64,000 bases of DNA from Klebsormidium nitens (taxonomy: Eukaryota; Plantae; Klebsormidiophyceae), in NCBI GenBank assembly GCA_000708835.1, contig DF237103.1:62001-126000 (forward strand). Direction: 5' to 3'. Positions 25,001 to 35,533 of the stretch are shown here, in pieces. Position 1 is the first letter of the stretch, and each line of letters opens with the position of its first letter. Under the pieces are notes generated by a model, which was not told the DNA's origin, made no database searches, and was given only the letters and a program-made list of their open reading frames with translations. A program made the translations under genes and the position numbers.

Positions 25001-28000
25001 AGGAAAACGGCCCTCCGATCATGCAAGCAGCCAGTACGGCTACTTTACAGCCCCCCTTACCGCCCCCAATTTTGTTCAGACCGCCGACCTCCGTGCAGCC
25101 ACTCACAACCGTAGTTTCGACGGTCCCCACAGTCAGCACAACTTCGCGTTACCCGCGAAGCCCGTTTGTTCCGGTCACCGCCAACCCAGCCGAACCCTTC
25201 ACTGCTCCCTATGTCAAGACTGCCAAGCCTGAACCTTTTGCGTCCGCAGCGACGCTGAAGCTCAAGAATGCGAACCAAGAAACGAAGCCCGGAGCGGTGG
25301 AGAAACCCGCAAGCCCCCCAATCTGGTCGCGGCCCAGGCCATTGGGTCCGGCAATCGATCTCAACCCTGCTGCTCCCGCCACGCAGTCCTTTACCTTCCC
25401 GTCCTCTCCGGCCCCGCCAGCGTCCTCCCAATCGAGAAAACCTCCACCCCAGGCTCCGTCTCAGTCAGAGAACGCGCCATTCCAACAAAACGGGACACTC
25501 CATGCCCCCGCTCCCGCCTTCCGATCGCCCCCCCTCTCCCCCCGATCACGGACACCGCCGCTTGCGGCAGACGAAGAGGGGGTGGTGGTTGGCCCTCGGA
25601 GAAGCCAGGCGCTGTCCCCCCGGCGCCGGCCGCGGTCCCCAACTCCCTCAGTATCGGTCAGCAGCCCCCCACCTCTACGGCCGATTTCGACGCATCCAGG
25701 GGGATCACCCTCCATCGTGGATCCGAGGCGAAGGAGTTCGGGTAGCTCGGTGGATTCAACTGGAGACGAGAAGCCGGCGCGCGTCGAGGACGGCCCCAGC
25801 AAGCCTCCACAGAACGGGAACGTTTCAAAAGAGTCGAATGACACGGAGAAAGAACCTGCCACGTCAGCTCCCGAACCGAGCCTGGCGAAACCTGCGCCCA
25901 AGCGGTCGCTCCTCCAGTCAGCGCTGGCGCCTCCCAAACCCTTCCGAAGCTCCTTCCCGAGCGCGCCCGATTCGGACGGCCCTGCGCGCGAGTCAGACGA
26001 GACCCCGCCCTCGCGGAGATCGTTTTCATCGGCAGCGGCGGCACCTTCTAGTTCGTTCATTCCGTTTGTGCCCAGATCCGCCCGGTCGCCCAGGGCGGAA
26101 AACGGAACCAGTCGACTGTTGCGGCTGCCGTCGATGCCGACGGTGGACGAGGCGGTCCCCTCGCCTGGGCAGGAGCGGACTGACGGGAGCGACTTTGCGT
26201 CCCTGGAGCAGGTCAGCGAAGTCGCCTTTTCTCAAACTTTGGTTGCTGGGCCGACTCTGTACTTCAGCTTCGTGCACCGACTTCAGTTGCCTACAGGGGA
26301 AGTCTTGAGGTAAAAGTATGTTGCCTCCAGAATCGACCTTCGAAGGTACCTGCGACGTGCATGTTGCAGCGCCCATGACATTGGCGCCCTTATAAGCTCA
26401 CGCTCCCAGTCTCCCCGTCTTTTGCTTGAAGATCCTCTACTCACGCACCAAACAATCTACAAATCTTCCCCGGCTTTCGCTAACGTGCACTGTGCCAATG
26501 TAGGAATATGAAGACAAATAAGCTGGTCAGGGCGCGCTTTGTCACAGGTGGCACAGCTTTCGACGACATCAGTCTGTATACTGTTCCCCCTGCCCCTTCT
26601 CCGAAAAAGCTTGACTTTGTTCTTCCTGTCAACTGCAGCACATTGAAGACCTGACCCAGGAGAAGTTTGCGCTGCAACGGGGTGCCGAAGCGGCGCGCTC
26701 GCTTGCGGCTTCTCTCGAGGAGGAGAACTCGCAGCTGACGGAGGACTTTAACCGGCAGGCACAGGCAGTGCAGACGCTCAAGGCAGAGCTGGAGAGGCAG
26801 CAGGCGGAGATCACAGCCCAACAGGTGCGGGCTCAGACTCCAAAGCTGTGGCCAAGAGCTCATGCGAAGGGCCCTCGAAACCATCCTTTCCGCTAAAACG
26901 AGACTCCTTGGCCACGCCAGATCGTGTTGTGACAATCTTGCAGTTGTCGAATAGCTGGATTCAGCGGTAGTGGGTTTGACCTACTTGGATGAGATTGCAG
27001 ATTGCTGAAGGGCTTGGCAGTTCTTCGGATGAAGGAAACTCTCGAGGCCCTGATGGAGCTTAAAGGCATATTGTATGCACCGGACTTCGCCAGATCGCGA
27101 GCAGATTGAGGTCTGCGTGATTTGGGTGCTCTCTTGTTTCCTCACCACTCCCGTGCCGTCCTTTTACGGATGTGTGATTGAACCCCTTTGCGTTCGAGGA
27201 GTGAACCACTAATAAGGCAGGGCAGAAGAGCTTCTGCACTGCCTTAAACGGAGCATGGTCTGAGCCACCACAAAGTTGGGAAGAAGTGAACAGTAGACCG
27301 TCCAATTTGCCCATCTGCGAGTTCATGCTCAACAAATATTGACAGAATTGGGCATTGGGGCTGCCGACTCGGAGAGTTAAACGGAGGCTAAAAAGCAAAT
27401 CTTTAGGAATTTGAACCACAGTCGTCTGCACAGTTGAGGGCGGAGGCAGAGGAGCGCGATCAGGGAGGCGCGCAATTTTCAAGGAGGTTTCGGCTCAACA
27501 GATGTTCTGACCCTCAGACAGTGAAGAGGCAGCTTCGAAAGATATCTTCCAGAAGCAGAATTTCGAGACTCTGGAACATGCTTGTCCATACAGCTGGTGG
27601 CAGAGGCAATGGCAGAGGAGCGCGAGCGGCTGCAGCGCGAGAACGCGGGCGCGCTGGAGCAGGCGGCGGTCATGGGGCGTGAGGTGGTGCATCTGGAGGA
27701 GCAGGTCAGGCTAAACCTCTTTCGTCGCCCATTTCTTGTCTTTTTATTTCACAATCTGTTGCACCTTTTCTGGTTGCGGATAGCCCCGTCTTGTTCTGCT
27801 TAGTGTACGAGAGCAGGCAGCGGTTATGGGGCGCGAGGTGGTGCACCTGGAGGAGCAGGTTAGGCTTACCTCTATCCTTTTCATTTACACGTTTCTGCAC
27901 ATTCGTTTGGTGTTAATGTCGCACTGTTCCTTTCTTGGGTGCACTTCTCAGAGCAGGTCGGCCTCGTCCTTGTCGTTGTCAACTGTCTGGCTATCGTGTC

Positions 28001-31000
28001 CGTAGCCCGTATTGCCTTGAATCAGAAGAAGAAGTAATATTACAAGGGATTCCGAATCGGGAACATGATGATCGAAAAGTGATGTCGGGCAGAACGCTCG
28101 GTTCGGCCGAAGGCAGTGAAAATAATTCATGACAATCTGATCAGCGCCGAAGGTGCAGATTTGGAGGAGGAGCAGTATTGGGCACTATTTTGCACTCTTG
28201 TTTGGTGCTGCTAGATCAGTTGGATGCACATCCGCGGGGGAATGTACTCGAAACCAAAAGCGCCGCATACTTCATCCCTATTCCTTATGCGTGCTGCGAA
28301 GATCCTGTGTTACGAACACCCTTTTTGTGTTGTAAGCCACTGGGTAGTCAAGCAGCAGTCTGTCAAAAACTTCCAGCAAGTACTGCACACGATGTTGCGG
28401 AATGCTGTCCTTAAAGCTAGCTTCGCAAAGCACCGCTAGAACACTGACACCCCCAAGGAAGGCGCCTACAGTCGGCGTCCGTCCGCTCCTCGTGGAGCAT
28501 GTAAGGACTCACCACATGTAAAGCGACTTTTTAAATGCACGACAAAACCGGCGAGACTCGACCCAGTCAGTGTGTCTCAGCGTGTCTCTTCTATTTCCTA
28601 GAAACTCAAAGCTCCGTATGTGCATGCTCAGGTCCTCAAGCTGCGGTCCTCGGAGTTGAAGCTGCGGAAGGAACTAGAGGGGACGCAAAGCGGCTACGAC
28701 GCGGCACGGCGGCAGCTGACCACGCTCTCGGCGGACCGAGCGGCACTGCGGCAGATGATGGATGCGCTACAAGAAGGTGAGAGGCGCTGGCAACAGCGGG
28801 GGTAGCAACATAAAAAGCTTGAAAACTTTGCGAGTAGGGTGGCTCCGATTCTATCACGGCAAAAGAGTGTGGCATTGCTGACTCATCAGTGCCGAGAAGG
28901 GTGCCTTTAGTCCTATCACGGGGCATAAATGTGTGACTTTGAAGAGTCCTGATTCGAGAACCTTCGAGTTCGCGGATGGACTGCACTGCATGATAGACAT
29001 TCCACATCCTGCTGCCTTGCGTTTCCACTGGTACCCCGTTTGAACAGTGCCCAATGAATCTCAAGGTGGCCGTTCCACGTATGCAAAAACGGTTGATTCA
29101 GTTTTGCGCATGATTGAAATTTGTGGGAAAAGGAGGATTCTGGTAAATCGATTTTGTGGACGGGCTACTAAATCGTCGCGTCTCCTCCCTCTCGTAAGTC
29201 CGGGGTATCGTCTCGTAAATCATTCCCTATGGCACCTATTGGTGGCTCCTTCAATTGCTTCTTTAGCTTACGGTTTTGGACCATTGTGCCTCACGAAATC
29301 CGTCCCAATCTCAGAATGTCGACTACTCCGGCATCCAATTCGCCCTCTGCTGTTATGGCTCTGGGACGGTAACTTGATCCCAGACTTGGTTGTTTTGCAT
29401 GAGGAGATGGACCAGACAAACGTAAAGCGTTTGAAAGGCCAATAGTCTAGTTTCTTTAGAGTCGAAAAGTGGCCCTCGGAACTCAAAAGTAGCGCATTCG
29501 AGAGATCATTAGCCCTACGCCCGAACGATGCTGAGAAGCTGCGTTCTTTGCAGAGCGGCGTCTCTTGGTCGCCAGGCTGCGCCTGCTGGGCGACAAGAAC
29601 GCGCTGGAGGACGTCCGGAACCAGGTCCGGGCCGGTGCCGTCGCTGTCCAACATTCGGACGCCACCACTTCTACCGACGACCTCCCCGGCCCCAGCAGAA
29701 CCGAGTCCCCAGTTGCCCCCCAAACCGCCCGTGATCAAAACACCGATTCTCAAATTGTACTGCTAGACAATGGTAGGACGGATTCTACAGGCGGCACTAG
29801 TTCGCAGACCGACACAGTTGACACCACGAGGCACATGCAAACCCTAACCCTGACCCCAAACGGACCGGCCCCCGGCAGCAGTGCGGAGCGGGTTGCGGCC
29901 GCAGTGGCCGCCGCAGTCCTGGCTGTGCAAAACTCCCCGACGACCTCCCGCCTCGGGCGTAGCGCTTCGTCCGCTGCTGCAGGGGGATCCCTCCCGGTGC
30001 CCACCGGAATTCCGGAGGACCAAGTGCGTGTGATTGAGAATGTGAATAGGCTCATGGACGAGATTGCGGCCGAGCGGAGGGCGATGGCGGCAGCGCTGGC
30101 TGCCGAGACGGAGGCGTGCGAGGAGCTGCGGGTGGGTTTTACTTGGGTTAGTTTAGGTTGGTTAGACATAAGGTTTCAGTCGGGCTTCGAATTGATATCA
30201 AGCTTCTGGTTCTGGTTGGGATGAGAATGAGTTTGGAGATTGCCGTTGACTTGGGTTGCGTGATATCGTGTAGCCTTTCGTTTTGCAGTTTGCGGAGATT
30301 CGATGGGGTTTGGATGCGGGGTTTTGCAGTCTTCTGGGGTGAGGATCAAGGAATTGCAGTCGGCGATTCAGTGTCGGCGCTTCTCAAATGGAGGAAACAT
30401 ATCACCTCAACTTAAAAGGATTTTGATGGCTGGGCTTTGCTTCTTCCTTACGTGTCATTGCGGTGAAGTTTCCTTATGCGTCTCCTTCCCTCTGCGGCTG
30501 TGACAGAGTCAACTTCGTGGGAACATTTTGGAAGTTCGCTTCCAGCCTATGAAGATGGAGTGGCTTGATCCGTAAAGCTCAGGGTGCTGAACATCTTCCA
30601 AATTGTGTCACCATACGCCAAAACAAACTGGCCAAGCTGTCAGACCAACCCTCTCTGCCGGTTTTGACAGAAGCTACTTTGCTTGTCTAAATTTTTCCTC
30701 GTCGTCGAATGTAATACACTGCCAAGCAGTCCGGCCCATCAGGCTTAGCGCATCAGGCGCCTCGAGACCAGCTGACGTCACCAGGCAGCAAGCTGGATCG
30801 CGAAATTGCATCAATTATTAGATCAATGAGCACCCAAGCGAAAGCGTGCTGAAGTACCACCCCTTTTGTCCAGGTATCGAATTCGGAGCTATCGCGAAAG
30901 CTGGCCGTGGCGTCGGAACATCTGCGCGCGTATGAGGGCGCGGGGGCGGACGGCTCCACTGCGCCGCTCGGTGGCGGTGCTGAGATCCCACGGGTGGATG

Positions 31001-31699
31001 AGGGCGATGAGGTCCGTTCTACCTTCTAGTACACCCTCACTACGTTTTGTCGGTCCTGCTTTGACCCTCCATCCTTCACCTTCTCTTTTCAGTGTCCTTT
31101 GCCTGTCCGCTCGTTTTTCATACACGACTTATCCTTTCCTGCTCTCGCTTGAACGGGTAGCGTGGGGTATTCTACTGCACTGCTAGCTCTTTGCTAATGT
31201 GAGATACGGTCTCAGCCTTTCCTCACCCCTGCTTTGCTTTCCTCAAGAAGTGGTATGAAAGGACACTCGTCTGACCATCTTGTTTGTGAAGCTGGCCCAC
31301 ATGTCCAAAGAGAGGCCTTTCGGAGAACCCTGCGCAAAGGATTCATGAACGGCAGGGCGCCTAGTTCTTTCATAAGACTATCAGCATCGGCTTACAAAGG
31401 AACGCAACCAGGTCTCGAGGTTTCCAGGATTTGTAAAGTGGCCTGGGAGCATGTTTCAAATCTACGAGCGATTAGACATGATCTGCTTCAGGTTCTTGTT
31501 GCCTTGTTTCTTTTGCCCCTCCTGTCAAACTGGATTTTTCTGAATTAGATGAAAATCACCTCGCTCAAGTGAGCCGTGAGAAAGGACAGTGACTGAGTGT
31601 TTGTGCTGATGCCAGACCTGACATCATCGTTCCTTGTTGCACCAGGTCGTAGAAAGGGTCCTCGGATGGATTTCAAACTTCTTTGCGGGCAGGCGATAA
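22023..31699 (+). CDS. BLI: BLISTER-like coiled-coil protein, ~1479 aa
   Basis: Exons 22023-22073, 22646-24281, 24671-26211, 26639-26824, 27594-27704, 28632-28776, 29554-30131, 30874-31011, 31646-31699, in phase. Conserved BLISTER blocks: AGRKKLEDFRRKK; FASLEQHIEDLTQEKFALQR; LRSSELKL; IPEDQVRVIENVN; ELSRKL; DEGDEVVERVLGWI. Confidence 0.92.
27434..27900 (+). repeat. Partial duplicates of both halves of BLISTER exon 27594-27704
   Basis: Upstream copy CAG|TTGAGGGCGGAGGCAGAGGAGCGCGA at 27434. Downstream copy GAGCAGGCAGCGGTTATGGGGCGCGAGGTGGTGCACCTGGAGGAGCAG|GTTAGG at 27811-27858, with similar following intron sequence. Confidence 0.85.
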
Positions 31700-33805
31700 T
31701 CGAGCGAGTACGCACGAGTCTCGAGACGAATTTCCGAGGTCAAGACAACAGCCTGCCTAGGCGTGTGTAAGCAAGTAGATTGGTGATGCGTGCCATCTGC
31801 TGGCGAATGACAGAGTACATTCATCCTCTCTTGGTCACCAAAAGAGGGGTGATAGATTACTACTCGAGGATTTATTGAGCGCCCCAGCTAGAGCCTCTGA
31901 GGTTTCAATCCCTCTAAGCATGGAATGAAGGATTTGTGCAAATAGGCTCCTGAATTGCCAAGTTCGTTCGTGCTTGACGACCTTCGAGCTGAACGCGTCA
32001 ACAATCAAAGAAACCAATGCTAGGCGCAACAAATGTTTGGAACAACATCTCTGTGCCAGGTCCTGCACCCATGTTTGCAGGCGGGCTAAGTCTGACGTCC
32101 TAAAGAAATCAGCTTTCGTCTAAATTGCAAGCTCCAACGCGACATCATTTGCAAATCAGCCGCAAACAAGTGATCGAATGAAGATACGGCCTGATACAGG
32201 GGTTCTACTTCCGCTGTCAAGGCGCGATTTGACAAACCTATAATATGCCATGGCCCATGAGCCCCCAATGATGTTCTCTTTATCAGACGCCGTAGCCACA
32301 TGGGCCATAAGCTTCCATGGCATACATGGGAATAAATGGTTTGAGTTCTGAACGCCTAGCTACCCTCCCAAATCTTGGTGTGCTAAATTAGTACATACCT
32401 AGTTTGTCAACGTCTCCTACTGGCTAATGCATGCGCTAGCGAAACAACTACGCTTTCCGGGGATATAGGCTAGAAGACTATTGAATCTAGGATTAGTACT
32501 AACTAGCGGAAAGCCGCGCCGGCGGCGATCTTCAAATTAAGGTTGTCGACCGCAGAAAGGCACAAAAGCAGATGCGGTGCATCGGTACACACATGCAGCA
32601 TGCCGGCCGTTAGAAAACCCCTGCCCCGTACTTCATAGCTTTGGGTATCTTTTCATTTGAAGGGGAAAAAGGTAATGGCACGCGATACACATGTAATATA
32701 CACATACCATGTGACAGAGGCAGGCAAACATCAAATCGGAGTAAAATTCTGGCAGGGGTTTCACGCTCCGAGCGAAGCCAAGTGCGGGAGTCCTATAAAT
32801 CGTAAGGCCTATCTAATTCGGAGTGAAAGTTAGAAAGTGTCCGGCTTTCACGCTCCGAGCAAGGGCATATGCTAGGGCTATCTTCTCGGAAAAATTGCTG
32901 AAGGTCGATGGGCTCGATGGGCTACTAGGTCAGACTCATGCGAGGACGGACCAACCTAAGTCACGGACCCTGAAAACAGAGCGAACTCGGAAGAGGTTAG
33001 CGACTTGAGCACGAGCATCACAAAGCGAGCGACTCATTAGGTAGGAGTAGGAGCCCGTTTCATGCGAGACTTGCGCATAGAGGCAGCTCTGAGAAGAAAC
33101 GTGCGAACGAGTGAATCAAGCAGATTCCCTATTGCCGTGCCAAGCGGCTTCGCAACGACCGAGCAGATAGTATGAAGCAGCAAAAGCTAGATTCATATGA
33201 CAAGCATGCCAATCTACATGCAAGCATATGAGTCTTCTCAATTTATACGGCATGAGATGTTCCGGTTTGCCTTCCTGTCCTCAATAAAAAGCCATAGTGG
33301 ATAGGTCATGTGTATCTTATAACAAGACAGCAGAGAAGCTTCTATGCTTCTATACTTCTAGGTTCAGGTGGATTGGTAGTGAACGAAGTTGACAACCCTT
33401 CTTTCATTGCCTACCTCGTGGACTACCTTTGCTCTTCTGGAATGACATTGTGGTCTATGCTTTGATTTATCTAATTGCAAGCGTGGGGATGATGGTCTCT
33501 TTTCAAATTCGATGATTGCATTTCGATGATCTTTTGAGCTCTTTTGCATGCATGCCATGGCGGCAGGCTGGCGGCAGCCCGTCGGCGCAGCTCCAATGTG
33601 CGGCCCGGCCGAACTAGCGGCTCAGCTTGACTCTTGAGTCTTTGAGTCTTGACGTTCTTGAGAGCGCCTTGCAAACGTCATCAACGAGTTCATGGATGAC
33701 TGTGACGTCATTGCAAGTCTGCGCAACCGTTCAATTGTGACCCGAGGATGATGCCCGGGGCCCCGGTCTTTCCTGGTTAAAGTTCTCGGTTAAACCTGTC
33801 CACTG

Positions 33806-33820
33806 TGAAAGTTCTAGAAT
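33806..33820. promoter_or_regulatory. Perfect three-unit heat-shock element (nGAAn nTTCn nGAAn)
   Basis: tGAAa-gTTCt-aGAAt, followed by CTAGAAT repeats, ~1.7 kb upstream of the DOG1-like ATG. Motif match only; function untested. Confidence 0.3.
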
Positions 33821-35533
33821 CTAGAATCTAGATTCTAAATACGGTAGCAGAATACCTATAGAGGTTCGGACACCAGAGTCGCAAATGACAAGCCATGGGC
33901 TTGGCGCAAGGCGCGCCGGTCGACCGGGTGGCTGAACCTACCTAGTGGAGTCTGGACTGATTCGATCCTGAACTTTGAATCGGACAATGGGTCACCCCCA
34001 TTGAACTAATCGATAGAAGTCACTGGTATGTAGTAACCGGCTGGTAGTAGGCTGTAGCGCCCATGCACCGGGTGACCGGGCTGTTACAACTTATACCGTA
34101 CCTTCTGCCAGCCTGCATGCCACATGGGCTGGTAAAGTTAATGACACCGGCACTGGGCAGGCGCGGCCCAGTAAAGCCCTAGTAGGGTTGACCGTGGACT
34201 TAGGAGGGTTTTAGTTCCGAGGCACCAGCTGGCAGCCTGGGAAGGCCGGGTGAGGGAGTCGGGGCTCGAACCAGAGCGCTAGCTAATTAGAGGAAATGCG
34301 GCTTCCCGCGCGACGGGAAAATTGATAGGTATATCGTATCCGAGCCCCGGGGTTGCTCGGAGGATTGCAGATACTTTGGCACCTTCATAACTAATCCGAG
34401 TGTTTCACACAGATCACGTGGTATCATTCGGAGTGCTTCTTGAGATCTCCAGAGGACCGTCCAAGATATTCATTCTGACAGCTGACGTAGATAGCATGAC
34501 AGCCATCCATTTTCCCATCGCACGGTTGCGATGGCAAGGTACCTATCCAGGCACACGTACTACAGGAACACCTACAAACTGACAATGATAGTGCGACAAG
34601 GTCAGAATCACTCTGACACTGACAGCCTACAGTACGGTGCGTCGGGACTCGGCACCTAGGTCCTAAACGGTACCGTCTCGCCATGTACACCCATTGCTAC
34701 CTATTCAACCTGTACCTACGATTTTTGCCCAATAATTAATTTCGTATCTCATGGATTTTGGGCAGCGTCATTTATCCACTTATTTTGTTTTTTGAACGGG
34801 GCAAAATGATCTGCAAATCTTGATTGGAATTTATTTTACTTCAGGATTTTGGGCAAGTCAAAGAATATCCAGGTAAATGTTGCCCAACCGGACAATTGGT
34901 ACGGTACTTGCGATCTCGTCTCTTCTTGCATATACCGTAGCCTTACTAGGTGTTCCTAGGTAGTTGCTCGACGCGCTCACTTTGGATGTCCATCGTCTCC
35001 TTTCCCCACAGCTGGACTGGCCATTCTTTCTGTTTGATCGAGACAATCTTTCTGCTTTGTTGAGCAAGTGCTCTAGAGACCTCGTTGGCATTTGCAAATC
35101 TATTCAGTCAACATGGCCGTCGACGTCAACAAGGACCTACATTGAGGCGATGGAGCAGCCCGTGTTCATAGAGTTCGCTACGGCGGTTGGTCGAGATTCA
35201 TTGCAGGACTGCCCCACGGCATTGCATCTTGCTCATATCATATGACTATAGACGTCGAAGTATGTCAATGAGCAGGAGCTCTTGTTTAAAATCTTATCCT
35301 TCAGCGAAGGTCCTTGGTGCAGAATCAGGAGACAAAACGCACAGGAACTTCCACCAGAAAGAGTGCTTATATGCAAGCGAGGACAGCTCTATATAGCTTC
35401 TACCAAGAAAGACTGGTCCTTGGGAAAGGAATTTTCTGTCACTGAAGGGCGCAGTATTGCACTTTGTAGCAGGGCGTCGAATGCAGCCTGTTCCAATGAG
35501 AGCCGAATAGTGCTTAGCGAAAGCAGAAACTTC

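Noticed and set aside
23217-26376. Alternative-frame and antisense ORFs such as 25268-26308 (346 aa) and 25461-26060
   Set aside because: They overlap GC-rich low-complexity BLISTER exons where stop codons are scarce; no independent coding signal.
35282-35533. In-frame open extension upstream of the DOG1 ATG containing an N-x7-R pattern (RQNAQELPPER)
   Set aside because: There is no ATG, no leucine zipper register and two prolines in the would-be basic helix; the other frame matches TGA better and is reported as a finding.
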